Below, piece after piece: positions 10,210 to 18,597 of a stretch of DNA of 64,000 nucleotides. Each line of letters starts with the position of its first letter. Position 1 is the first letter of the stretch. A program made the position numbers and the translations under genes. The stretch lies in assembly GCA_900543415.1 (NCBI GenBank), contig UQRE01000003.1, positions 30,014 through 94,013 on the forward strand, in the 5' to 3' direction. Below the pieces are notes generated by a model. The model did no database searches. It saw nothing but the letters and a program-made list of their open reading frames with translations, and was not told the origin of the DNA. The DNA is from an uncultured Dorea sp. GTDB lineage: Bacteria > Bacillota > Clostridia > Lachnospirales > Lachnospiraceae.

Positions 10210-10741
10210 CTTCTACAATGCCGATGTATGGAAGGTTTCTATATTTTTGCGCATAGTCAAGCCCGTATCCCACAACGAATTCATCCGGGATCTCAAAGCC
10301 TACGTAATCTACGTTTACATCTCTTACGCGTCGATCCGGTTTATCTAACAGTGTACAAAGATGCATGCTGTTTGGATTTCTCTTCTTCAGGATCTCTAAC
10401 AGATAATAAAGTGTACGTCCGGAGTCGATGATATCCTCTACAACAAGGACATCCTTTCCTTCTAATGTCTCATCCAGATCTTTTGCAATCTTTACTACCC
10501 CGCTTGATGAAGTTCCGTCACCGTAGCTACTGACGCTCATAAAGTCCATAGATACCGGAACGGAAATTCTCTTTGCCAATTCGCACATAAAAAATACGCC
10601 GCCCTTTAATACACAGATTAAATGAATCTGCTTTCCTGCGTAATCTTTGCTGATCTGCTCACCAAGCTTTTTAATTCTTTCTTCTACCTGTTCTTCAGGA
10701 ATCATTACTTTCACTGTCTCTGCCATTTTTCTTTCCTCCAT
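10199..10741 (-). CDS. hpt: Hypoxanthine phosphoribosyltransferase
   Basis: 180 aa with the PRTase motif VLVVEDIIDSGRT. Conserved tilS-hpt-ftsH order. Confidence 0.9.
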   Translation of the reverse strand: MEERKMAETVKVMIPEEQVEERIKKLGEQISKDYAGKQIHLICVLKGGVFFMCELAKRISVPVSMDFMSVSSYGDGTSSSGVVKIAKDLDETLEGKDVLVVEDIIDSGRTLYYLLEILKKRNPNSMHLCTLLDKPDRRVRDVNVDYVGFEIPDEFVVGYGLDYAQKYRNLPYIGIVEGVE

Positions 10742-12095
10742 AAAATGTAATTTCCAAAACGTGTTTTGTTCTGTCTGTTATCTGATATGTTTGATTCTGT
10801 CTGTATCCCACCACCCATAAAATATGGTGTCCGTCTGCCACAAGCCATATGTGGTCTCTTACTTCCTGTGGAATCTTCTCATTGACAAAATACTGCTTCA
10901 GCTTTTGCGTTCCCCCGGCTTCATTGATTGTAATATAATCTCCCGGCTGCCTGTGTCTGATTTCTACAGTATTGTTTATTATATCATAATCAAACCACTT
11001 CGTGTATACTTTTTCCGGAAATGTTTCCTCTTCCGGGTGGTACTCAAACACTCGCATACGATATAGCTTTCCCGGCTCCTCTTCTTCTGCACAATGATTT
11101 TCTTCTGCTTCCGCAGAACCATTGCTGCTCGTCAACCTGATCCCTTCATAGCATCGCCGGGCGGTCATCCCATATGGAAGGTAAAGCATTCTTCCCGTCT
11201 GCCGGTCAAACAATTCTGCCAGCGCCTCTATATGCACAGCCTGAAGATCCTTCTTCCTTCCCGCCATCCGGCATAATACAAGCTGAAGTACATAATTTCT
11301 CAACTCCTCCGGCACTTGCCTGTAAGCCTCTTCTTTAAGCATTACACCGCCTGAGACTTCCGATACACATTCCCCTGCATATCGTTCCACTTCTCTTTCC
11401 ACATATGCTTTCACACCGGTCATTTCTTCCATTGTGCGCGCCATATGCTGTACACTCTCGCGGTTAATATACTGTTCCAGATAAGGCAGAATCTTCTGCC
11501 GGATTCGATTTCTCGTATAGCGGATGTCCAGATTGGTCTCATCTGTACAATAAGATATTCCCCGTTTTTCCAAGTATGATTCAATCTCTTTTCGATCCAC
11601 GCACAAAAGCGGATGAATCCAAGGTCCATCTGCCGGGGCAATACCTGCAAGTCCTGCAAGCCCCGTCCCTCGGCACAGGTGAAAGATCAGCGTCTCGACA
11701 TTGTCGTTTCTATGATGTGCAAGCGCAATCTTCGTGCCTCCCCACAGTTCCATCTGTCGAAGAAAGGCGAATCTTCTTACTTCTCTTCCTGCTTCTTCCT
11801 CTGTCAATTTATGTTTTTCGGCATACTTCGGCACATCTTCCTTATATACAACAAGATCTACGCCCTGCTCTTTACATACCGTTTCTACATACTCTTGATC
11901 CGAATCTGCATCCGCTCCTCGAATCTGGTGGTTTACATGTACTGCCCGAAGCTCAAACCCCAGTTCTTTTTGAAGTTCTAAGAGCACAAAAAGCAGGCAT
12001 ATGGAATCCGCTCCTCCCGATACACCTGCTAATACCTTGTCTGTTTTCTCAATCATGTGCTGATCCTGCACATATTTTCTCACTTTTTGATCCAT
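10695..12095 (-). CDS. tilS: tRNA(Ile)-lysidine synthetase
   Basis: 466 aa with the PP-loop SGGADS and a TilS C-terminal domain. Conserved synteny. Confidence 0.9.
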   Translation of the reverse strand: MDQKVRKYVQDQHMIEKTDKVLAGVSGGADSICLLFVLLELQKELGFELRAVHVNHQIRGADADSDQEYVETVCKEQGVDLVVYKEDVPKYAEKHKLTEEEAGREVRRFAFLRQMELWGGTKIALAHHRNDNVETLIFHLCRGTGLAGLAGIAPADGPWIHPLLCVDRKEIESYLEKRGISYCTDETNLDIRYTRNRIRQKILPYLEQYINRESVQHMARTMEEMTGVKAYVEREVERYAGECVSEVSGGVMLKEEAYRQVPEELRNYVLQLVLCRMAGRKKDLQAVHIEALAELFDRQTGRMLYLPYGMTARRCYEGIRLTSSNGSAEAEENHCAEEEEPGKLYRMRVFEYHPEEETFPEKVYTKWFDYDIINNTVEIRHRQPGDYITINEAGGTQKLKQYFVNEKIPQEVRDHIWLVADGHHILWVVGYRQNQTYQITDRTKHVLEITFYGGKKNGRDSESNDS

Positions 12096-12240
12096 ATATA
12101 TCCCTTAAAATTCTACATTTCTGTCATGGAAGGCGCAAACGCCCCGTCAAACGGTTTCGCGCTTCCGCCTGCCAGCGCATCTTAATCTGATTCTAAGACA
12201 CTCTAAATATATATAATCTGGCTCAAAAAAGCAAGGACTC

Positions 12241-13677
12241 TTACAATTTCCAAATTCCCGCAGTCACGATCGTCATATCATCGGCAGGATTTTCTCCGCT
12301 TTGCTCCAACACCTTTCCGAGAAGATAATGCGCCAGTTCTTTCGGGTTCACAATATCGGTTCCTTCGATGAATGCACACATCAGAGTATCCTGTTCTCCG
12401 GCAGGAAGTGCATCCATCACTCCATCGGTCACCATGATCACATAGTCCCCGGAAGAGAGCACACGCGTATCCGTCTGGATCTCAATATCCTGCAGCACTC
12501 CGATGGGAAGTGTTGTGGAACTTATCTTTTCCACCTTCCCATTTTGCTTCACAAACGTGGCAGACGCTCCGGCTTTTACAAATTCGCACTCTCCCGTATA
12601 CAGATCAAAGATCGCCGCATCTATCGTAGAAAACCGGACATCTTCCCTTCCAATGACTAATGCCGTATTCATCATCTGAATTGCCATTTTCACCGGGAAT
12701 CCAGCCTCCAGAAGCTCCTCCAGCATTTCCACTACCATTGTGCTTTCCTTGAATGCTTCCTCTCCGGAGCCCATACCATCGGACAATGCTACCCCTTTTT
12801 TCCCTCCCGGAAGATCCGTCATAAGAAACGTATCTCCTGAAATCTTATCACAATCTTTTCCAATTCTTGCCACTCCCTGAAGCGTATGATATCTTGCGCC
12901 CTCCACGCATGCCACGGTACTGTAATCCTCCCCCAGGATCGGGCGCTCTCCCTGCTGCGGCATCATCACCCTTCCGACACATTTGCCCACCTCTGCCGCC
13001 AGTTCTTTCGTCACAATGCAATGCCCCTTCATTGCCTTCACAGTCAAATGGATCTCATACTTTCCCTGCGGTGTAAGGTAAAATACGGAAGACATCATTT
13101 TAACGCCGTGCTTTTTTAAATGATTTTTCAACTTCTTTTCCAAATGATCGTCCTCAAAAATACCCGCATCCAGTTCTCTTGTCGTATACTGGATCATTTT
13201 TGCAAAGCTTTTCATCTGACCGGCATAACCTTCCCGGTTCTTCACTATTTTATTATTCCAGAGCATCACTTGCTTAGCGCTTTCATAGCGCTCCAAAGTC
13301 TCCCGCAAGAACCTCGGTGCTCTCAGACACTGCTTCTGCATTTTCCGTTTTAACTCTACATTAATCTCCGCCCCATACTCTTCTACTGTACACAACACAT
13401 CGCACATCATCTGGTACGCTGCAAGCCGCTCTGCTGCCAGACAGATTCCTTTTTTTTCACAGCCCTCACACACACTTCCGGTCACATCCCGAAACATATT
13501 TTCAAGCTCTTCTTCTGACAAAGCGCCTTTATATCCTTCCAGTGTAAAAAATGTTTTTGACAGATGGATCAGCGAATCCGCAAACTTGTCCATCTGCATC
13601 ACATACGGATTCAAAAAAACCCCTTTTTCTTTTACTTTGTCCATGACGGTCTCCCCTTTATTCTGTTTTTCTACCAT
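12241..13677 (-). CDS. spoIIE: SpoIIE-family PP2C protein phosphatase lacking the N-terminal polytopic membrane domain
   Basis: 478 aa covering a central regulatory region plus a C-terminal PP2C domain (DGMGSGEEA, VTDGVMDA). The position between divIC and tilS matches B. subtilis spoIIE. There are no TM helices, and only 88 nt separate it from divIC. Confidence 0.75.
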   Translation of the reverse strand: MVEKQNKGETVMDKVKEKGVFLNPYVMQMDKFADSLIHLSKTFFTLEGYKGALSEEELENMFRDVTGSVCEGCEKKGICLAAERLAAYQMMCDVLCTVEEYGAEINVELKRKMQKQCLRAPRFLRETLERYESAKQVMLWNNKIVKNREGYAGQMKSFAKMIQYTTRELDAGIFEDDHLEKKLKNHLKKHGVKMMSSVFYLTPQGKYEIHLTVKAMKGHCIVTKELAAEVGKCVGRVMMPQQGERPILGEDYSTVACVEGARYHTLQGVARIGKDCDKISGDTFLMTDLPGGKKGVALSDGMGSGEEAFKESTMVVEMLEELLEAGFPVKMAIQMMNTALVIGREDVRFSTIDAAIFDLYTGECEFVKAGASATFVKQNGKVEKISSTTLPIGVLQDIEIQTDTRVLSSGDYVIMVTDGVMDALPAGEQDTLMCAFIEGTDIVNPKELAHYLLGKVLEQSGENPADDMTIVTAGIWKL

Positions 13678-13699
13678 GTCAGATAGAAACCAAATGTCC

Positions 13700-13739
13700 G
13701 ATAATAATAAAAAGCTTTAGGATCTTCATCCTAAAGCTT
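13700..13739 (-). terminator. Intrinsic terminator after divIC-like gene
   Basis: 11-bp stem aagctttagga/tcctaaagctt followed on the minus strand by UUUAUUAUUAU. Confidence 0.55.
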
Positions 13740-13764
13740 GTCATCTGTACATTTTAATATTCAA

Positions 13765-14130
13765 TTATTTCCCTTTGAATATGATTTCATTTTCATGCAC
13801 CAGTCCTAATTTTTCTCTGGCAACTTCCTCCACATATTCGTCTGTATTTACATAGCTCTCCAGATCGTCAATCTCGGCAGCGCGTTCTTCTTCCTCTTTC
13901 AACTGCTCTTCAAGTTCTGTTTCCTGCGCCCGGTAAGCTTTTTCTTTCGCACGCAAGGTCATTGCATTGACAGAAACTACGGCAATCAGCAGTACAATAA
14001 CGGCACTGATCGCAAGCACGCTTCTCTTATGTGTCTGTAAATAACTCTTATTACGCCTTCCACGGCTTCTCTTTTTCGTCTTACTCATAATTATATACTC
14101 ACCCTTACATCCGTCCCCAACGGATTTCAA
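13765..14130 (-). CDS. divIC: Septum formation initiator (DivIC/FtsB family)
   Basis: 121 aa with a basic N-terminus, one TM helix (VLAISAVIVLLIAVVSV) and a coiled coil. Conserved yabQ-divIC order. Confidence 0.65.
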   Translation of the reverse strand: MKSVGDGCKGEYIIMSKTKKRSRGRRNKSYLQTHKRSVLAISAVIVLLIAVVSVNAMTLRAKEKAYRAQETELEEQLKEEEERAAEIDDLESYVNTDEYVEEVAREKLGLVHENEIIFKGK

Positions 14131-14135
14131 TCTTA

Positions 14136-14501
14136 CTAATTATGATATCTTTTTTTATTTTTTTTCGCAAGAAAACGAAAAGATTTTTTTTGATTTCGGG
14201 TGTAGATTTTTTTGTACACATTTTCAGCTTTCCACAGAGCAAACGAAGAAATAACCGCCCCAAACACAACACCTAGTACGAAATGCCACCTGATACTTCC
14301 AGAAGTTGTATGGTAAATTTGCACAAACAAAAACAGCGCCGAGAAGATCCAGAACAAAAAATCCTCTATTTCTATTGCCAGAAGGCTATGGCGCACAATC
14401 TGCCTGACACAGTGCAGAAATCGATAGGACAGCCTGACAATCCCTCCGGAAACCACTGCCAGTAAAAAGATAATGAGTTCTTCTTTTACTTCCATCATCA
14501 T
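14136..14501 (-). CDS. yabQ: Spore cortex biosynthesis protein YabQ
   Basis: 121 aa small polytopic membrane protein immediately downstream of yabP. Confidence 0.7.
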   Translation of the reverse strand: MMMEVKEELIIFLLAVVSGGIVRLSYRFLHCVRQIVRHSLLAIEIEDFLFWIFSALFLFVQIYHTTSGSIRWHFVLGVVFGAVISSFALWKAENVYKKIYTRNQKKSFRFLAKKNKKRYHN

Positions 14502-14503
14502 GC

Positions 14504-14788
14504 TTAACGAAACAGTTTAGAGAATAGATTTTCTCCCTGCTTTGCCCCCGTATGTACTTCCGAATAAGAGACACTGTCAATATTTCCGGACAGATCAACC
14601 TCTCCCTTTTCAAGGCTCAAACGGTTTACGTGAAGATCCGTCCCTTTTACCATCATCATCCCCTGCTGCGTTTCCAGCAAAATCTCATTAAGATCAAAGG
14701 AGAGCACGTCTATGACCCCGGTCACCAGACTCGTTTTTCGGTTATTTACGACCAGTTTATGATTTTTCTGTGTCGTTCTCTCTTCCAT
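14504..14788 (-). CDS. yabP: Sporulation protein YabP
   Basis: 94 aa YabP-family sequence (LVVNNRKTSLVTGV...LLETQQG) in conserved position. Confidence 0.8.
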   Translation of the reverse strand: MEERTTQKNHKLVVNNRKTSLVTGVIDVLSFDLNEILLETQQGMMMVKGTDLHVNRLSLEKGEVDLSGNIDSVSYSEVHTGAKQGENLFSKLFR

Positions 14789-14836
14789 GCAATCACAACC
14801 TTTCTTAATAATTATATGAAAGGCCTCGTGATTCTA

Positions 14837-15076
14837 TTACAAATATCTGAACAAGTCTTTTGCTTCTTCTTTTTTCGTTGTATCCTGAAGATCAAGCACT
14901 TCCACCTTCACGGTCTTTGTGCCGAATTGAATTTCGATCACATCGCCGACCTTTACTTTTACAGATGCTTTTGCCACATTTCCATTGACAAGAACACGCC
15001 CTGCATCACACGCTTCATTTGCCACGGTCCGCCTCTTGATCAGGCGGGATACTTTTAAAAATTTATCCAGTCTCAT
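14837..15076 (-). CDS. S4-domain RNA-binding protein (YabO/Hsp15-like)
   Basis: 79 aa S4 domain (MRLDKFLKVSRLIKRR). Conserved position. Confidence 0.85.
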   Translation of the reverse strand: MRLDKFLKVSRLIKRRTVANEACDAGRVLVNGNVAKASVKVKVGDVIEIQFGTKTVKVEVLDLQDTTKKEEAKDLFRYL

Positions 15077-15087
15077 TAAAATTTCTC

Positions 15088-15130
15088 CTTAATATAAAAG
15101 TAGAGAACCTGCAAGAAAGGCTCTCTACTA
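15088..15130 (-). terminator. Putative intrinsic terminator after hup
   Basis: Stem agtagaga/tctctact with extension, followed by a U-rich run on the minus strand. Confidence 0.5.
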
Positions 15131-15151
15131 TCATCTTCTTATTCGTTCGAC

Positions 15152-15427
15152 TTATGCGTTTACAGCATCTTTTAATGCTTTACCAGCTTTAAATCTTGGA
15201 GCTTTGCAAGCCTCGATCTTCATTGTCTTACCTGTCTGAGGATTTCTTCCCTCTCTTGCAGCTCTCTTACTTACTTCAAAAGTTCCGAAACCAACTAACT
15301 GGATCTTCTCTTCTTTCTTAAGCTCTGCTGTTACTACATCAACAAAAGCTTTTAATGCCTTTTCAGAGTCTTTCTTAGATAATTCTGCTTTCTCAGCAAT
15401 AGCTGCAACTAATTCTGTTTTGTTCAT
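15152..15427 (-). CDS. hup: DNA-binding protein HU
   Basis: 91 aa with the canonical HU sequence (MNKTELVAAIAEKAELSKKD...GRNPQTGK). Confidence 0.95.
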   Translation of the reverse strand: MNKTELVAAIAEKAELSKKDSEKALKAFVDVVTAELKKEEKIQLVGFGTFEVSKRAAREGRNPQTGKTMKIEACKAPRFKAGKALKDAVNA

Positions 15428-15517
15428 GGATAATTTCCTCCTCTTGTTTGACTATAGAACTTTATATTATATCCATCGGATATCGGACATGTTCTCTTTC
15501 TTTCGCCCTTAGTTATT

Positions 15518-15546
15518 GTTATACCTTTTTTCCCTATATTTGTCAA
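15518..15546 (-). promoter_or_regulatory. Sigma-A-type promoter for hup
   Basis: On the minus strand TTGACA (15546-15541), a 17-nt spacer and TATAAC (15523-15518), about 90 nt upstream of the hup start. Confidence 0.45.
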
Positions 15547-15623
15547 GGTACTTTTCTTACAAACGCCCTGTTTTCAAGGCTTTTCACAGATTTTTTATCC
15601 TTCGGATTCTGCATTCTGACATT

Positions 15624-16625
15624 TTACAGGCGAAAATCAAACACGGTCTCCAAAAATCTTTTCTTCTCTCCCGTCTGTCTGATCGAAAGCTTTAATTTCT
15701 CAATACTTTTCGAAGAAATCCACGCCTTATTTGTATGGTAATAGGCACTTGCCGTTTTCCAGAATTTTTCCGGATAGACAAGCCGAAGCTTCATATATTC
15801 TATCTCCGCTCCGGTCAGAGGTCGAATTGCCGAATAAGCATTAAGCATATTATCTCCGAGACGTTCCTTCCACCCGTGCTTTTCCATTACCTTCCTGAGA
15901 AAATAATACAGATCTTCTACTTGAATATCCCTCTTGAACTTATCAAAATTCGTAGTCGCCTCTATCTGCGAATATGTCCCTTCCGTCTGCATCAGTACGT
16001 TATGATAATTATATTCCCCGTGAGTCACACAATATTCTTCCATACTTTTCTCGTAGAGCGCTTCATACCCGGATGTCTCCAGCATCGCTTCTGCCGCATC
16101 CGCCCATTGATACATCTGATCAAAGCATTTCAGAAAAGCATATTCAAACTCCCCTTTCGGCGTTTGATCTCGTATGAACCTGCGCACTTTTTTCAGTTCA
16201 CGGTCATGTCGCAGATACAATTGCCGCAAGGGCTCCGCTACCGCCACATCACCGGACATCTCCCGTCTCATAACTCCGTGGAGCTTCGCCAGATTCCCCG
16301 CAGCTTCCAATATATCTGCCGTTCTTCTGACGTCACACTCCCATCCCGAAAACCACCGTTTTACAATATATCGGCTTCCGTCCTCGGTACGGGAGATATA
16401 CTCGTCTTCTTTATTTAAAATAATAGAATCCACATGATCATATCCCTGTTCCTTAAGATGCTCATACAATTCACACAATGCCGAAAGTCGGCTCTCGGAC
16501 ATCTGCACCTCTTTTAAAAGGAACACCCCCTGCTTCGCATCACATAATATAGCTCCCCTTGTTTTACGGGTACTGTTTACTTCTAAATTATATTGTTCTA
16601 ATATACTTTGTTCATAATCCTGCAT
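15624..16625 (-). CDS. CotS-family spore coat protein / phosphotransferase-fold kinase
   Basis: 333 aa with the aminoglycoside-phosphotransferase-like fold signature (HGEYNYHNVL) typical of the CotS/YtaA family. Confidence 0.75.
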   Translation of the reverse strand: MQDYEQSILEQYNLEVNSTRKTRGAILCDAKQGVFLLKEVQMSESRLSALCELYEHLKEQGYDHVDSIILNKEDEYISRTEDGSRYIVKRWFSGWECDVRRTADILEAAGNLAKLHGVMRREMSGDVAVAEPLRQLYLRHDRELKKVRRFIRDQTPKGEFEYAFLKCFDQMYQWADAAEAMLETSGYEALYEKSMEEYCVTHGEYNYHNVLMQTEGTYSQIEATTNFDKFKRDIQVEDLYYFLRKVMEKHGWKERLGDNMLNAYSAIRPLTGAEIEYMKLRLVYPEKFWKTASAYYHTNKAWISSKSIEKLKLSIRQTGEKKRFLETVFDFRL

Positions 16626-16637
16626 ACTTTCAATCCC

Positions 16638-16678
16638 CTGTACTTACATATTCTCTCTAACAATATGTAAGCACAGGA
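16638..16678. other. Strong hairpin (16-bp stem) between cca and cotS
   Basis: Arm cctgtacttacatatt is matched by aatatgtaagcacagg (15 of 16) with a 9-nt loop. There is no clear U-tract on either strand, and the stem overlaps the cotS RBS AGGGG. Confidence 0.4.
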
Positions 16679-16713
16679 GAAATTATGCGTCACGCGTATG
16701 CTTGATGCGATCA

Positions 16714-18039
16714 TCATAACCTTCCAAGCAATTCTTCTTTCGTATTTAATTCCGGTTCTTCCAGTACCAGTTCCAGAAATTCATTCAGCTTCTTCCCGAT
16801 CTCTTTGCCCGGCTTCATTCCGGCAGCAATCAGATCACTTCCATTTACCGCAAGCATTCCAAGTGACACGCATTGCCCAGCCTCTGTAATCTGCTCATAC
16901 AAGCGTGTAACCTCTTGAATATTTGCCAGCTTTTCCTCTCTCTGGTACATGCTCTGTGCCAATGTGTCAGCCCGACGGACTTCCAGATAACAGGAAAACA
17001 ATTCTGTCCCGATCTTCGCCATCGCCCGGCGGACATTCTTCTCTTTTGCCGGCATACGGTAATCATGATAGTATACGAGATGGGATACCTTTCGAAGCGT
17101 ATCATTATCAAACTTCAGTCTCTTAAGCACCGTTTTGGTAATCTCCTGGCTTTTAAAAGCATGATTTTTGAAATGTGCCACACCGTCCTCATCTACCGTC
17201 TTAAGCGCCGGTTTTCCCATATCGTGGAACAACATGGTAAGCCGGAGTACTTTATCACTGCGTACATTCTGCATGGCGTGCAATGTATGCTCTCCCACGT
17301 TATACATGTGGTGGGGAGTCTCCTGCTCCGTCTTCATAAGTTCATCAAATTCCGGCAGGAACTGCGCTGTAATACCAAGTTCATACGCAGTCCGAAGAAG
17401 CTCCGGACGATCAGACACCAGCATCTTAATAAGCTCCACCTGTATTCGCTCGGCGCTGATATTCTGAAGCGTAGGCGCAAGCGACTTCATACCTTCTTTC
17501 GTCTCCTCGCCAATGGCAAAACCAAGCTGCGCGGCAAATCTGACACCTCTTAAAATCCGAAGAGCATCCTCAGAAAATCGTTCTTTTGCGTTCCCCACAC
17601 ACCGGATAACCTTCTTTTCTAAATCTTCAAGACCTCCGAAGATATCTACCAGCCCATCCTTTTCATTATATGCCATAGCGTTAATCGTAAAATCTCTGCG
17701 AAGAAGATCGTCTCTTAAGTTTCTGGTAAATGTTACCTCGGAAGGATGTCTGCTGTCTTCATATTTTCCATCAATACGGTAAGTCGTAACTTCAAAACCT
17801 TCCTGTTCTAAAAGCACAGTCACTGTTCCGTGCTCAATCCCTGTATCAAAAGTCTTTCGAAACAGCGCCTTCGTCTCTTCCGGCATAGCGGACGTGGTAA
17901 TGTCCCAGTCCTCCGGCTCTCTTCCCAGAATCGAATCTCGCACGCAGCCTCCTACAGCGTAGGCTTCAAAGCCATGTTCCTGTAACGTTTTTATAATTGT
18001 ATGAACCTTTGGGGGTAGTTGAATCTTAATCATGCTCAC
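16714..18039 (-). CDS. cca: CCA tRNA nucleotidyltransferase with HD domain
   Basis: 441 aa with PolyA_pol head motif GGCVRD and a C-terminal HD domain. GTG start at 18039 or ATG at 18033. Confidence 0.9.
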   Translation of the reverse strand: MSMIKIQLPPKVHTIIKTLQEHGFEAYAVGGCVRDSILGREPEDWDITTSAMPEETKALFRKTFDTGIEHGTVTVLLEQEGFEVTTYRIDGKYEDSRHPSEVTFTRNLRDDLLRRDFTINAMAYNEKDGLVDIFGGLEDLEKKVIRCVGNAKERFSEDALRILRGVRFAAQLGFAIGEETKEGMKSLAPTLQNISAERIQVELIKMLVSDRPELLRTAYELGITAQFLPEFDELMKTEQETPHHMYNVGEHTLHAMQNVRSDKVLRLTMLFHDMGKPALKTVDEDGVAHFKNHAFKSQEITKTVLKRLKFDNDTLRKVSHLVYYHDYRMPAKEKNVRRAMAKIGTELFSCYLEVRRADTLAQSMYQREEKLANIQEVTRLYEQITEAGQCVSLGMLAVNGSDLIAAGMKPGKEIGKKLNEFLELVLEEPELNTKEELLGRL

Positions 18040-18275
18040 AGAAGTTCCTCCATCAGTTTCTTCTGATATTCCGGCTCCGTTGCCGCCTTAATAATATCCG
18101 CTGTCCGGTTCTGTTCTGCCAGAAGCTTATTCAGAGCGTTAATGCGCTGAGCTGCTTTTTCCGCTGCTTTTTCTGCTGCTTTTTCTACATCTTCCGCAAA
18201 TAACTCATGGAATGCCTCACACATATATCTTTCCTCCTCCATCTTCTCCTTATTTGCACGAACGATCAGATCCAT
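18036..18275 (-). CDS. Small hypothetical protein (Ala/Glu/Lys-rich), stop overlaps cca start
   Basis: 79 aa ORF with AEKAAEKAAEKAA repeats and the 4-nt overlap GTGA with the cca start. The frame stays open about 180 nt upstream without an ATG. Confidence 0.35.
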   Translation of the reverse strand: MDLIVRANKEKMEEERYMCEAFHELFAEDVEKAAEKAAEKAAQRINALNKLLAEQNRTADIIKAATEPEYQKKLMEELL

Positions 18276-18543
18276 AACTGCCTGATAATATCGGGATGAT
18301 TTTCTTTCTTCATACCGTCTTACCAGTTCGTTGATTTCTTCTCTGCCCTCCAGATCTCGTTCTTTCAGTATAATACAACTACATATTTTCGTGCAACTAA
18401 AATTGGATTTGCCGAAAGCTGATAAAAACCAGTTCGGAAGCCGCTTGGCTCATCATTGATAATTCATAGAAGCAAGAATTACTTCTAAGAATTTTATGTA
18501 TGATCACTATAATAAATCAAACTCTGAAAGTCAAGTCACATTT

Positions 18544-18580
18544 AGAAAAAAACGGAGCGACCGCAATCGGTCACTCCGCC
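18544..18580 (-). terminator. Intrinsic terminator after proS
   Basis: Minus-strand RNA CGGAGUGACCG-AUUG-CGGUCGCUCCG followed by UUUUUUU. Confidence 0.6.
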
Positions 18581-18597
18581 ATATGCTAACATAAATC

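Noticed and set aside
12096-12240. Imperfect GC-rich palindrome (ggaaggcgcaaacg...cggtttcgcgcttcc) between tilS and SpoIIE-like gene
   Set aside because: The arms are not truly complementary beyond 5 to 9 bp, and no flanking U-tract is present. It is probably just promoter-region sequence.
13678-13764. Possible Spo0A box (TCGGACA) upstream of the SpoIIE-like gene
   Set aside because: It deviates from the TGTCGAA/TTCGACA consensus by an inserted base and occurs as a single copy. That is insufficient to call it.
15735-16418. 227-aa plus-strand ORF antisense to cotS-family gene
   Set aside because: Shadow ORF. The sense strand carries kinase motifs.
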